From contig JBBTLZ010000038.1 of the NCBI GenBank assembly GCA_038068435.1, positions 1-58,860 on the forward strand: a DNA stretch of 58,860 nt, in the 5' to 3' direction. Both the position numbers and the translations under genes were made by a program. How positions within the stretch are numbered: the first letter of the stretch is position 1; the number at the start of each line of letters is the position of its first letter. The stretch comes from Candidatus Eiseniibacteriota bacterium (GTDB lineage Bacteria; Eisenbacteria; RBG-16-71-46). The notes under the pieces were generated by a model. The model did not search any database. It saw only the letters and a program-made list of their open reading frames with translations, and was not told the origin of the DNA. Below are positions 23,071 to 32,745 of this stretch, piece after piece.

Positions 23071-23115
23071 GGGAGAGAGCCCCGATTCGGTTGGGTCCAG
23101 GACGACGGGTGATCA

Positions 23116-23661
23116 TCAGACGCTCACCTCGTACAGCTGGTTGCCGATGGCGTCGAGCAGCGTGCGCACGGTCCGGTCCACCACGTGGTCGCCGATGCGC
23201 ACCAGCGCGCCGCCCAGCACCGCCGGGTCCACCTCGGCGGTGAGCCGGACCTTCGACTTCGTGTAGGCCTCGAGCGTGGCGTGCAGCCGCGCCCGCTCCG
23301 CCTCCTGGAGCGCCACCGCGCTCACCACGTGCGCGCGGCGGATGCCCTGCGCCTGCTCGACCAGGACCTCGTACTTGCGGGTGATGTCGGGCAGCAGCGT
23401 GAGGCGCTTCTTGCGGAGCAGCAGGTCCGTGAACGCCGCCACCGAGCGCGCCGCGCGCCCCTCGAGCGCCCCACCCATCATCTTGCGCTTGTCGGGCAGC
23501 CGCACCTGCGGTGAGGCGAGGAACAAGGCCGCAGGACTTCCCGGCGACAACAGATCTCGCACGCCCTTGAGGTCCTCGAGCGCGGCCGCGGTCTCGCGGC
23601 GCTTCTCGGTGAGGATGAAGAGCGCCCGCGCGTAGCGGCCCGAGACGGTGACGTCCTTCAC
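23116..23661 (-). CDS. atpH: ATP synthase delta subunit
   Basis: RYARALF near the N-terminus, VDPAVLGG...IGDHVVD; GTG 23661 overlaps the atpF stop. Confidence 0.95.
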   Translation of the reverse strand: MKDVTVSGRYARALFILTEKRRETAAALEDLKGVRDLLSPGSPAALFLASPQVRLPDKRKMMGGALEGRAARSVAAFTDLLLRKKRLTLLPDITRKYEVLVEQAQGIRRAHVVSAVALQEAERARLHATLEAYTKSKVRLTAEVDPAVLGGALVRIGDHVVDRTVRTLLDAIGNQLYEVSV

Positions 23662-24146
23662 CGCAACGCCCCCACCTCGTCGATGAACTCGCCCGCCAGC
23701 TTGCGCTGGGCCGGCTCGTCCAGCTTCTGGCGGAGGATCTTCTCGGCCGTACGGAGCGAGAGGGAGATGACCTGTTCCTTGAGTATCTCCTTGGCCTTCT
23801 CGCGCTCGCGCATGATCTCGTCGGAGGCGCGCTCCAGCCTCATGGCGGCGTCCTTCTGTGCCTGCGCCCTGATCTCCGCCGCCACCCGCTGCCCCTCGGC
23901 GACGGCGTCCTGGATCCGCTGGCGCGCCTGGGCCTCGATGCCCTTGAGCTCCGAGTCGTAACGGGCCTTCAGCTCCAGCGCCTCGGCCTTCTGGCGGTCG
24001 GCCTCCTTGAATTCCCCGGCGATCTTCTCGCGGCGCGCCTCGAGCATGCCGATCACCGGGCCCCACGCGTAGCGGCGCAGGATCCAGACCATGAGCAGGA
24101 AGCCCAGGATCTGGGTGAGGACCTGACGGATGTCGACAAGATCCAT
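23658..24146 (-). CDS. atpF: ATP synthase b subunit
   Basis: N-terminal TM (QILGFLLMVWILRRYAWGP), then a charged coiled coil; operon position. Confidence 0.95.
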   Translation of the reverse strand: MDLVDIRQVLTQILGFLLMVWILRRYAWGPVIGMLEARREKIAGEFKEADRQKAEALELKARYDSELKGIEAQARQRIQDAVAEGQRVAAEIRAQAQKDAAMRLERASDEIMREREKAKEILKEQVISLSLRTAEKILRQKLDEPAQRKLAGEFIDEVGALR

Positions 24147-24174
24147 CCCGACTCCTTGCGGCTTGCGCCGGCGA

Positions 24175-24411
24175 TCAGCCCGCGATGCCGCCCTTGAGGA
24201 GGAACATCGTGACGAACGCGTAGATGGTCAGCGCTTCGGCCAGCGCGGCGATGATGATCATCGCCAGCTGGATCTTCGCGGTCGCTTCGGGCTGACGCCC
24301 GATCGCGGTCATCGCGCCCTGGCCGATCAGGCCGAGGCCGATACCCGAGCCGATCGCGGCGATGCCGATGCCGAGCGGAAGGCCGAGCGCGAGAGCTGCC
24401 TGGAAATCCAT
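24175..24411 (-). CDS. atpE: ATP synthase c subunit (probably H+-coupled)
   Basis: GSGIGLG glycine motif, RQPE loop, ALAEALTIY; lacks the Q...ES/T Na+-binding signature. Confidence 0.97.
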   Translation of the reverse strand: MDFQAALALGLPLGIGIAAIGSGIGLGLIGQGAMTAIGRQPEATAKIQLAMIIIAALAEALTIYAFVTMFLLKGGIAG

Positions 24412-24432
24412 GACCGGATCCTCCTGATGGTT

Positions 24433-25812
24433 TTAGTGAGCGTGCGCGTACGCCTCCCCCTCGTGGGGATGCTCGTCGTGCGGCAGCATGAGGAGGAGGT
24501 AGATCGTGGACAACACCGTGAACACCAGGGCCTGCAGGATGCTGGTGAGGAGCGCCAGGAACAGGAACGGCAGCTGCAGCGGCAACCCGATCGGCAGGTG
24601 CGTGAACGCGAGCACCGTGATCCCGAGCGAGGCGAAGGCCACCAGCAGCATGTCCTCGCCGAAGATGTTGCCGAACAGCCGGCAGGCGAGCGAGATGGGC
24701 TTGGCCAGCTCGCCCATCAGGTGGATGGGGAGCATGATAGGCACCAGCCCCCAGCCGATGGCGCTGCGCGGATTGCCCGCCATGTGGTCCACCCAGCCCA
24801 GCACCCCCAGCTCGCGGAAGCCGATGTACTGCGAGTACAGGAACACGATGAGCGCGAGCGCCACCGTCACGTTGAGGCTCGAGGTCGGCGATTCCATGAA
24901 GGGGATGAGGCCGAACACGTTCATCGCCAGGATGTAGACGAACAGCGTGCCGAGGAAGGGCACGTGGCGCGGCCCGTGGCGGGGTCCGAGGATGCCGACG
25001 ATGAAGTCGTAGAGGCGCTCGACCACCATCTCGGCGCCGTTCTGGAGCGGCCCCGGGATCATCTGCGGGTTGCGCGTCGCGATCATCGCCACCACGCACA
25101 GCATCAGCGCGATGAAGAGCGAGAAGATGACTACCTCGTAGTGGTGGAGGAAGTGCGCCCAGGGTGCCTGCGGGAAGGCGCGGCTCAGCACGGTGATGAC
25201 GTTGGCGAACTTCTCCGGACCCACCTCCTTCGCCTCGCTGCCGTGCTTCGCGGCAGCGCCCTCGCCCGCGGCCGGCGTCGGCGCGGCCTCGGTCCCGTGG
25301 GTACCCGACTCCTGCGTCGCGGCGACCCGCGTCTCCCGCCCGCCGCTGCGGGCGCCCGACCAGACGTTGTTGACCGCCCAGGCGCCCGCGGCGAGCACCA
25401 CGACCACCGCGACCGCGGGCCACGGCGTGCGCGTGAAACGCTGCCAGGCTTGCGTCGGCAGCACCAGCAGCGAGGCCGCCTTGAGCACCATCACCGTGTA
25501 GGGGATCGCGAAGCCCGCCATGAGCGGTACCGCCGGGAACCGCAGCAGCAGGAGCCAGCCGGCGGCGAAGAGCGCCAGGATCCCGCCGAGTGCCGCGATC
25601 GCCCGGCCGGTGGCGGAGAAGGTGCGGCGGTCGGCGCCGGTGAGTGCCACGATCAGCCGCTCGAGCAGGACGAGGTTCACGAGCGACCACGCCGCCCCGA
25701 GGGCGACGGCGAGCCCGTGGAGGGGCACGGCGTAGGTGGCGGTCACCAGGGCCGCGATCCCACCGACCCACAGCGAGGTGCGGCGGACCCGGGCGAGGAG
25801 TTCGAGTCCCAT
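24433..25812 (-). CDS. atpB: ATP synthase subunit a fused to an N-terminal AtpI-like membrane domain
   Basis: C-terminal half: PGPLQNGAE, SPTSSLNVT, ISLACRLFGN, LQALVFTVLSTIY. About 200 extra N-terminal residues (several TMs plus a polar linker) are in the same frame. Confidence 0.92.
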   Translation of the reverse strand: MGLELLARVRRTSLWVGGIAALVTATYAVPLHGLAVALGAAWSLVNLVLLERLIVALTGADRRTFSATGRAIAALGGILALFAAGWLLLLRFPAVPLMAGFAIPYTVMVLKAASLLVLPTQAWQRFTRTPWPAVAVVVVLAAGAWAVNNVWSGARSGGRETRVAATQESGTHGTEAAPTPAAGEGAAAKHGSEAKEVGPEKFANVITVLSRAFPQAPWAHFLHHYEVVIFSLFIALMLCVVAMIATRNPQMIPGPLQNGAEMVVERLYDFIVGILGPRHGPRHVPFLGTLFVYILAMNVFGLIPFMESPTSSLNVTVALALIVFLYSQYIGFRELGVLGWVDHMAGNPRSAIGWGLVPIMLPIHLMGELAKPISLACRLFGNIFGEDMLLVAFASLGITVLAFTHLPIGLPLQLPFLFLALLTSILQALVFTVLSTIYLLLMLPHDEHPHEGEAYAHAH

Positions 25813-25837
25813 GCGTGGTACGGCGCCGGACAGGCGA

Positions 25838-26095
25838 TCAGCGGCGCCCTTTCTGCTCCTCTTCTTCCGCCTGATAGCGGCGATAGATCCGGTAGGTCTC
25901 ACGGCCGGCGGCGGCGAATCCCACCGCCAGGCCGGCGATGCCGAGCCACGGCGCGGTCGTGAAGCGTCGGTCCAGCCAGTCGCCCACGAAGAAGCCGACC
26001 AGGGGCGAGACGATCAGCAGGGTGGGTATGGAGAGCAGCAGCCCTGCGGTCCGAAGCCCCTCGGCGGACGACTTCTTCACCGGTCGAGGAGCCAT
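25838..26095 (-). CDS. AtpZ/'gene 1' family small membrane protein
   Basis: GFFVGDWLDRRFTTAPWL...GFAAAG; first gene of the atp operon; GGAGG RBS. Confidence 0.88.
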   Translation of the reverse strand: MAPRPVKKSSAEGLRTAGLLLSIPTLLIVSPLVGFFVGDWLDRRFTTAPWLGIAGLAVGFAAAGRETYRIYRRYQAEEEEQKGRR

Positions 26096-26366
26096 GCCGA
26101 CCCCTCCGTGAAACATTTCACAAGCAGCCGCCAACCGAAGAGGCCTCAACGGGTGGCAAGTGGCCGGGGGAAAGTAGGGAAAGGTCCCCGGGCGGTCAAG
26201 CCGGAAGTGGAGGAAGTGGAGCGCCGCTCGAGAACTCGGTGCCCGACCACCGCGGCCCCCACCCGGCGGCCCGGCGGGTGCAGACGATTCCCGCAGCCGA
26301 GGGCGCGACGCCACGGTGGTCCGCTGGATTTGCCACCCGTCCCCCGCCTCCCTATCCTGCGCCGCC

Positions 26367-26846
26367 GTGCCCCGTCTGAATCCCTGCCTCATCGAGGTCT
26401 ACATCTTCCGTCGCCGTGGCCGCCGGGTCGAGTTCCTGGCGCTGCGCCGCCGGGCCGGAGACTCGCTGCCCGGCGCATGGCAACCGGTCACCGGGACCCT
26501 GAAGCGCGGCGAGACCGCGGTGCGTGGCGCGCTCCGGGAGGTGCGCGAGGAGGCCGGCGTCGTGCCTCATCGCCTGTGGCGGCTCGAATCCGTGACCACC
26601 TTCTTCGATCCACGCCGCGACGCGATCGGTCTCGTGACGCTGTTCGCGGCCGAGGTGGCGCAGCGTGACGCCGTGAGACTCTCGCGCGAGCACAGTGCCC
26701 ACCGTTTCCTGTCGGCGCGCGAAGCGTCGAAGCGGTTCCTCTGGGACTCGCAGCGCCGCGGCCTCGCCGCCGTGCGCACGCAGGTGCTGCGGGGTGGGAC
26801 GCGGGCGAGGGCGCTCGAGATCGCGCTCCCGCCGAAGAGAGGCTGA
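26367..26846 (+). CDS. Nudix hydrolase (NudB-like)
   Basis: WQPVTG then the Nudix box GTLKRGETAVRGALREVREEAG; LSREH. Confidence 0.88.
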   Translation: MPRLNPCLIEVYIFRRRGRRVEFLALRRRAGDSLPGAWQPVTGTLKRGETAVRGALREVREEAGVVPHRLWRLESVTTFFDPRRDAIGLVTLFAAEVAQRDAVRLSREHSAHRFLSAREASKRFLWDSQRRGLAAVRTQVLRGGTRARALEIALPPKRG

Positions 26847-26896
26847 CATCGTCACCCCGCCCTGCGGGGCTGCAACGCCATCAAGGAGGACAGCGC

Positions 26897-27403
26897 GTGG
26901 CCAGCAACAGCTCGTTCGACGTCACCACCGGCGTGGACTACATGGAGGTCAACAACGCCGTCACGCAGGCGACCAAGGAGATCACCCAGCGCTACGACTT
27001 CAAGGGGCTCAAGGTGAGCATCGAGCTCGACCAGAAGGAGCACACGATCACGCTCGCCGCCCCCGACGAGTTCAAGCTCGCGGCGATCTGGGACGTGCTC
27101 CAGAGCAAGCTGGTCCGGCGCCAGGTGCCGCTCAAGAACATGAAGCCGGGCGAGACCGTCCCGGCGGCGGGCAGCTCGGTGCGCCAGGCGGTCGCGATCC
27201 AGGACGGGCTCACCGCCGACATGGCGCGCGAGGTCGCGAAGGTCATCAAGGACGCCAAGATGAAGAAGGTGCAGGCGGCGATCCAGGGCGACACGGTGCG
27301 CATCTCCTCGCCCAGCAAGGACGAGCTGCAGGCGGCGATTGCCCTGCTCAAGCAGCAGGACCTGGGCGTCGAGCTCAAGTTCGGGAACTTCCGGAGCAAC
27401 TAG
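26897..27403 (+). CDS. yajQ: YajQ family nucleotide/c-di-GMP-binding protein
   Basis: SFDV, EVNNAV.QA.KEI.QRYDFKG, KVQAAIQGD.VR, KDELQ, FGNFR. Confidence 0.95.
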   Translation: MASNSSFDVTTGVDYMEVNNAVTQATKEITQRYDFKGLKVSIELDQKEHTITLAAPDEFKLAAIWDVLQSKLVRRQVPLKNMKPGETVPAAGSSVRQAVAIQDGLTADMAREVAKVIKDAKMKKVQAAIQGDTVRISSPSKDELQAAIALLKQQDLGVELKFGNFRSN

Positions 27404-27462
27404 CGCGTCTGCGGTGCCGCCCGGAAGGGCGGGACATCCGACCTCCACCAGGAGCCCTGCCC

Positions 27463-28326
27463 GTGCCCGATATCGCCGTCTTCCATCCCCACATAGTGCA
27501 CTTCGTGATCGGACTGCTGTTCGTGGGTGTGGCGGCCCGCCTGGTCTCCCTGCTGCCGCTCGGCGGTCGGCTCTCGTTCATGGGACCGATGGCGGCGCTG
27601 CTGATCCTTCTCGGCACCGGCGCGTCGTTGTTGGCGGTCCACTCGGGGCTCGACGCGCACGGCCCGGCCGAGCGCGTGCCCGGGGCGCGCGACGCGGTGG
27701 TCGAGCACGAGGAGTGGGGCGAGCGTGCCCGCAATGCCTTCATCGTCGTCGCACTGCTGGAGTTGGCGGCGCTGGCGTTGGCCTCGAGAAAGCGCGTCGC
27801 GACGGGATTGCGCTTGGTCTCCGCCGCGGCGGGACTGGCCGGGCTGGTCGTGCTGTACCAGGCGAGCGAGCACGGCGGCGCGCTGGTGTACGACTACGCG
27901 GGCGGCGTGGGCATCCGCTCGGGCGATCCGGCCGACGTCCGGCGGCTGCTGGTCGCCGGGCTCTACCACAACGTCCAGGCCGCGCGCGACTCCGGCCGCA
28001 AGGAGGACGCGGCGCGGCTCACCGATGAACTGATGCGCCAGATGCCGGCCGACGCGGGGGTGAAGTTCCTCGGCGTCGAATCGCTCATCAAGGACCGCGA
28101 GGATCCGCACGCCGCGCTCGCCACGCTGGCGACGATGGACGTGCCCGCCGACGACCGCCGGCTCCAGATCCGCAAGGCCATGCTGACCATCCAGGCCTAT
28201 CGCGCCGCCGGGATGAGCGACTCGGCGCAGGCGACGATCGAGGAGATGAAGCGTCGGTACCCGAACGATCCGCGGATCAAGGCGGCGCTGGCGCGGCTGG
28301 GCGGCGCCGAGGGTGGATCTCGTTAG
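27463..28326 (+). CDS. DUF2231-type membrane protein with helical (TPR-like) C-terminus
   Basis: FHPHIVHF, HEEWG, HGGALVY; AGGAG RBS before GTG 27463. Confidence 0.72.
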   Translation: MPDIAVFHPHIVHFVIGLLFVGVAARLVSLLPLGGRLSFMGPMAALLILLGTGASLLAVHSGLDAHGPAERVPGARDAVVEHEEWGERARNAFIVVALLELAALALASRKRVATGLRLVSAAAGLAGLVVLYQASEHGGALVYDYAGGVGIRSGDPADVRRLLVAGLYHNVQAARDSGRKEDAARLTDELMRQMPADAGVKFLGVESLIKDREDPHAALATLATMDVPADDRRLQIRKAMLTIQAYRAAGMSDSAQATIEEMKRRYPNDPRIKAALARLGGAEGGSR

Positions 28327-28422
28327 GCCGCGGACGTCGCCCCCGGCGCTCTCTGCGCCCGGTACGCCATCTCCCGCCCGGCAGGCCGACGTGCGCGGCG
28401 ATGAACGGCGGCCCGGCCGGGG

Positions 28423-30537
28423 TCACACGCCGTACTCGGGCCTGGGGATGCCCAGCAGCCAGCGGTCGAACCAGGCGCGGATGTGGCGCTGGTTCTCGAC
28501 GCGCCGCGAGGGCGCGCCGCTGCGCGAGAGCTCGTGGCTCTCGCCCGGGAAGCGCACCATCACCACCGGCTTGCGCTGCTGCTTCAAGGCGCGGAACATC
28601 GCCTCGCCCTGGCCGATCGGCGTGCGCCAGTCCTCCTCGCTGTGGATCACCATCAGCGGTGTGGTGATCTTCGCGGCGAGCGCCACCGGTGAGCGCGACC
28701 CGTACTCCGCGGGATCCTCGAACGGCGGCTTGCGGAACCAGAAGGGCGTGAACAGGGTGAAGTCGGCGCTGTAGTAGAACGAGGCCCAGTCGGCGACGCA
28801 GCGCTGCGTGACGGCGGCGGCGAAGCGGTCGGTCTGGGTGACGAGCCAGTTGGTGAGCAGCCCGCCGCCGCTCCCGCCCGTGACGCCGAGCCGCTTCGGG
28901 TCCACGTAGCCGCGCGCGAGCACTTCGTCCACGGCGCTCAGAAGGTCGCGCGCGTCGTCGCCGGGGAACCGGTACTGGATGCAGTCGGCGAACGCCTGGC
29001 CGTAGCTCGTGCTGCCGCGCGGGTTGGTGTAGACCACCACGTAGCCCGCGGCCGCGAGGACATGGAACTCGTGGAAGAAGCCCGCCCCGTAGGCGGTGTG
29101 GGGTCCGCCGTGGATCTCGAGCACGAGCGGATACTGCTTCGCCGGGTCGAAGTCCGGCGGCTTCGCGATCCAGCCCTGCACGCGGCGGCCATCGAAGCTC
29201 GGGTACCAGAACTCTTCGACCTCACCCAGGGCCAGCTCCGCGAACAGCGCCTCGTTCGGGGCGTAGAGCAGGCGCGAGGTACCGGTCTCCGCGTCGAACA
29301 GATGGAGGTCGCCGGGGGTGGTCGGGCTCCCGAGCGTCAGCGCCCACATCCGAGCGTCCGCGCTCGCGGTGCCGGCGACCAGGTCGCGCCCCGGCGGCGT
29401 GAGCGTGCGCGGCGCGCCGCCCGACGCGTCGAAACTCGCCAGCATCGATGCGCCTTGACGCGCGAGCGAGACCAGCACGGTACTACCGTCGGCGCGGAAG
29501 GCGAGCGGCGTCTGGCCGCCGCCGCGCGGCGGGTGCTGGTCCGAGCTGATCACGCCGCCGAGCTCGTCCTCGCAGCCCGCCGAGAGATCGCGCACCGCGG
29601 CGCGCGGCCACGGACCCTCGGTGAGGAAGAGGCGCGGCAGGTGGTAGGTGCGCGGCGGCTGCGGGCTCACGAAGCCGATGGCGGCGATGCGCCGGTCCGC
29701 GTGCTCGGCCCAGGCGCCGATGAGTCCGCCCAAGTCCACGACCGTCTTGAGCTCCGCCCCGTCCGTGGGCGCCTCGAGCCCCGGTGCCACCGCGTAGAGG
29801 ACGGACTCCTCGGCGCCGAACCACGGCTCGGCGCGCCGGTCGGAGACGAACAGGATCCAGGCGCCGTCGCGCGACCAGCGCGGCGCCTGCGCGGTGAACG
29901 CCCCGCGCGTGAGGGGACGCGGCGTGCCGTTCTCCACCTCGACCATCCACACCTGCGGCAGGTGGTCGAAGTCGGTGAAGCCCTCGCCGTTCTCACGGAA
30001 CACCGGCCGCGTGACGACGCGGCCCGGCTCGTTCTTCGGCTTCTCCGGCTTGGGGTCGTCGAGCGCGGGATTGGTGCCGCTCAGGAACGCGAGGCGGCAG
30101 CCGTCCGGCGACCAGGCCGGATCCGAGACCCCCTTCGCCAGCTCGCAGACGCGCACCGCCTCGCCGCCCGACATCGGCAGCAGGTGAAGCTGCCCGGGCT
30201 GCCTGGGCGCGCTCGAGCGCACGAACGCGAGCCGCTGGCCGTCGGGCGACCAGCGCGGCTGCGAATCGCCGGTGCCGAAGGTGAGCGGTCGCGCCACGGC
30301 GGGCTCCGGGCCGCCCCCGGCGTCCACGGCGTCCACGAGCCACAGGTTGGTGCGATAGCCGTCCGTCTCGGGGTCGACGACCACGCGGGTGAACGCGACG
30401 CGCGTGCCGTCGGGCGAGATCTGCGGGTCGGCGATCCACACCAAGCGCAGGAGGTCGTCCTCGCGCATCGCGCGCCGCACGGCGGATGCGGGGCCTGGCG
30501 CCGCCGCGCGCGCCGCGGACGTCGTCGGGGCGCTCAC
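28423..30537 (-). CDS. S9 family peptidase, no signal peptide
   Basis: PD40 propeller repeats, IHGGPH, NPRGS, GGSGGG nucleophile, HSEEDWR, ESHEL; GTGA overlap with its paralog. Confidence 0.94.
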   Translation of the reverse strand: MSAPTTSAARAAAPGPASAVRRAMREDDLLRLVWIADPQISPDGTRVAFTRVVVDPETDGYRTNLWLVDAVDAGGGPEPAVARPLTFGTGDSQPRWSPDGQRLAFVRSSAPRQPGQLHLLPMSGGEAVRVCELAKGVSDPAWSPDGCRLAFLSGTNPALDDPKPEKPKNEPGRVVTRPVFRENGEGFTDFDHLPQVWMVEVENGTPRPLTRGAFTAQAPRWSRDGAWILFVSDRRAEPWFGAEESVLYAVAPGLEAPTDGAELKTVVDLGGLIGAWAEHADRRIAAIGFVSPQPPRTYHLPRLFLTEGPWPRAAVRDLSAGCEDELGGVISSDQHPPRGGGQTPLAFRADGSTVLVSLARQGASMLASFDASGGAPRTLTPPGRDLVAGTASADARMWALTLGSPTTPGDLHLFDAETGTSRLLYAPNEALFAELALGEVEEFWYPSFDGRRVQGWIAKPPDFDPAKQYPLVLEIHGGPHTAYGAGFFHEFHVLAAAGYVVVYTNPRGSTSYGQAFADCIQYRFPGDDARDLLSAVDEVLARGYVDPKRLGVTGGSGGGLLTNWLVTQTDRFAAAVTQRCVADWASFYYSADFTLFTPFWFRKPPFEDPAEYGSRSPVALAAKITTPLMVIHSEEDWRTPIGQGEAMFRALKQQRKPVVMVRFPGESHELSRSGAPSRRVENQRHIRAWFDRWLLGIPRPEYGV

Positions 30538-32642
30538 TCGTCGTAGTCCTTGACCGGCTTCCCCATCAGCCACTTGTCGAACCACCGGTGGTAGTGCTGC
30601 AGCCGCTGGACGCGCCGCGAGGGCGTGCCGCTGCGCGACAGCTCGTGGTTCTCGCCCGGGAAGCGGACCATGACCGCGGTCTTCCTCTGCTGCTTCAGTG
30701 CCCGGAACATCGCCTCGCCCTGGCCGATCGGCGTGCGCCAGTCCTCCTCGCTGTGGATGATCATGAGCGGCGTCGTGACGCGCGAGGCATAGGTGACCGG
30801 CGAGCGCTCGATGGACTCCTGCGGGTCCTCGAACGGCGGCTTCTTGAACCAGGTGGGCCGGAAGAGCGTGAAGTCGGCGCTGTAGTAGAACGAGATCCAC
30901 TCCGACACGCAGCGGTCGGTCACCGCCGCCGCGAAGCGGTCGGTGTGGGTGATGGTCCAGTTGGTGAGTAGCCCGCCGCCGCTGCCGCCGCACACCGACA
31001 TGCGCTTCGCGTCCACGTAGCCGCGCCGGATCACCTCGTCCACGCCCGCCATCAGATCGCGGTAGTCGTCGCCCGGGTAGCGGTACTGGATGATGTTGCC
31101 GAACTCCTGCCCGTAGGTCGTGCTGCCGCGCGGGTTGGTGTAGACGACCAGGTAGCCGGCGCCGGCCAGCACCTGGAACTCGTGCATGAACGCCGCGCCG
31201 AACGCCGCGTGCGGGCCACCGTGGATGTTGAGCACCAGCGGATACTTCCGCGTCGGTGTGAAATCGGGCGGCTTCATGATCCAGCCCTGGATCTTCCGGC
31301 CGTCGAAGGACGGGTACCAGAACTCCTCGACCTTGCCGAGCGGGATGCCGGCGAGCAGCGCGTCGTTGGGGCCGTACAGCTTCTTGAGCGCGCGCGTCTC
31401 GGCGTCGAAGAGGACGAGATCGCCCGGCGTGGTCGGGTCGCCCATCGTCAGCGCCCAGCGCTTCCCGTCGGCGGTGCCGGTGCCGGCGATCACCTCGCGG
31501 TCGGCGGGGGTCAGCTCCTCGACCCGCCCGCTCTGCGCGTCCACGCGCGCGAGCATCGCGGCGCCCTGCCTTCCGACCACCGCCAGCAGGCTCCTGCCGT
31601 CGGCGCTGAAGGCCAGCGGTCGCTGGCCGCCGCCGCGCGGCGGGTGCTGGTCGGAGCCGATGCCGGCGCCGAGGTCGAAATCGTACTCGGCGGTGAGTGC
31701 GCGCACCGGCCGGCCGGCCCCCGCGCTGATCATCAGGTCGCTCTGGTCGTAGGAGTGATCCTCCTTCGGGTTCACCCCGCCGATGAAAGCGATGCGGCCG
31801 TCGGCCGCCTCGACCCAGTCGCCGATCCCGCCGTCGTAGTCCACCCGCGTGCGGAAGCCGGCGCCGTCGGCCGGCTTCGCCCGGCCGGGCGCCACCGCGT
31901 AGAGGTCGTCGTCGTCCTGCCCGAACCACGGCTCCTTGCGCCGGTCGGAGGTGAAGCACACCCACGCGCCGTCGCGCGACCAGTCGGGTGCCCCCTCGTT
32001 GAAGGTGCCGGTCGTGAGCTGGCGCGCCCTGCCACCCGCGGCCTCGACCACCCATACGTGGCTCGGATGCTCGAGGTCGAAATAGCCCGCGTTGTTGAGG
32101 CGGAAGATCGGCCGCGTGATCACGCGGCCCGGCTCCTTCTTCGGCTTGGCGCGGGTGGTGTCGTCGTCGATCGCCGGGTGGGTCCCGCTTGCGAACGCGA
32201 TGCGCTTGCCGTCCGGTGACCAGGCGGGCGAGGACGCTCCGCCCTTGAGGCGCGTGAGCTGGGCCGCCTCGCCGCCGGACATAGGCAGAAGGTGGATCTG
32301 CCCCGGCTTCCCCTCGGCGCCGCGCACGAACGCCAGCGTCCCGCCGTCGGGCGACCAGCGCGGTTGCCCGTCGCGCGGCCCCGCGGTGAGCGGCCGCGGC
32401 ACGCCCCCGGCGGTCTCCGCCAGCCAGATGCTGGTGCGGTACTCGTCCGCCGCCGAGTCGGTGGTCACGCGGACGAAGGCGACGCGCGCGCCGTCCGGCG
32501 AGATCTGCGGGTCGGCGACCCAGACGAATCGGTAGAGGTCCTGCTCGACCATGCGGCGTGGCGCGGCGCCGGCGAGCGAGGTCCAGACCAGCAGTGCGGC
32601 CGCGCAGCAGGCGGCCGTCGCGAGCGAGACGGGACGGCGCAT
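30534..32642 (-). CDS. S9 family peptidase, exported
   Basis: Signal peptide MRRPVSLATAACCAAALLVWTSLAGA; same catalytic motifs (GGSGGG, HSEEDWR, ENHEL). Confidence 0.95.
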   Translation of the reverse strand: MRRPVSLATAACCAAALLVWTSLAGAAPRRMVEQDLYRFVWVADPQISPDGARVAFVRVTTDSAADEYRTSIWLAETAGGVPRPLTAGPRDGQPRWSPDGGTLAFVRGAEGKPGQIHLLPMSGGEAAQLTRLKGGASSPAWSPDGKRIAFASGTHPAIDDDTTRAKPKKEPGRVITRPIFRLNNAGYFDLEHPSHVWVVEAAGGRARQLTTGTFNEGAPDWSRDGAWVCFTSDRRKEPWFGQDDDDLYAVAPGRAKPADGAGFRTRVDYDGGIGDWVEAADGRIAFIGGVNPKEDHSYDQSDLMISAGAGRPVRALTAEYDFDLGAGIGSDQHPPRGGGQRPLAFSADGRSLLAVVGRQGAAMLARVDAQSGRVEELTPADREVIAGTGTADGKRWALTMGDPTTPGDLVLFDAETRALKKLYGPNDALLAGIPLGKVEEFWYPSFDGRKIQGWIMKPPDFTPTRKYPLVLNIHGGPHAAFGAAFMHEFQVLAGAGYLVVYTNPRGSTTYGQEFGNIIQYRYPGDDYRDLMAGVDEVIRRGYVDAKRMSVCGGSGGGLLTNWTITHTDRFAAAVTDRCVSEWISFYYSADFTLFRPTWFKKPPFEDPQESIERSPVTYASRVTTPLMIIHSEEDWRTPIGQGEAMFRALKQQRKTAVMVRFPGENHELSRSGTPSRRVQRLQHYHRWFDKWLMGKPVKDYDE

Positions 32643-32745
32643 GGGGATTCTCCGGGGCTGGAGTGGGGCGTTGGAGCCCGGCACGCTAGGACACAGCCCA
32701 GGGGAGGGTCAACCGCCGCGCCTACAAGCGCGGGGGAGCGGCCGC

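Noticed and set aside
24175-24411. Possible Na+-translocating or N-type ATPase
   Set aside because: The c subunit lacks the Na+ ligands and the gene order is the standard F-type order.
30538-32055. Apparent N-terminal extension making a 1210-aa S9 protein
   Set aside because: An off-frame read-through of the upstream paralog; the real start is near 30537.
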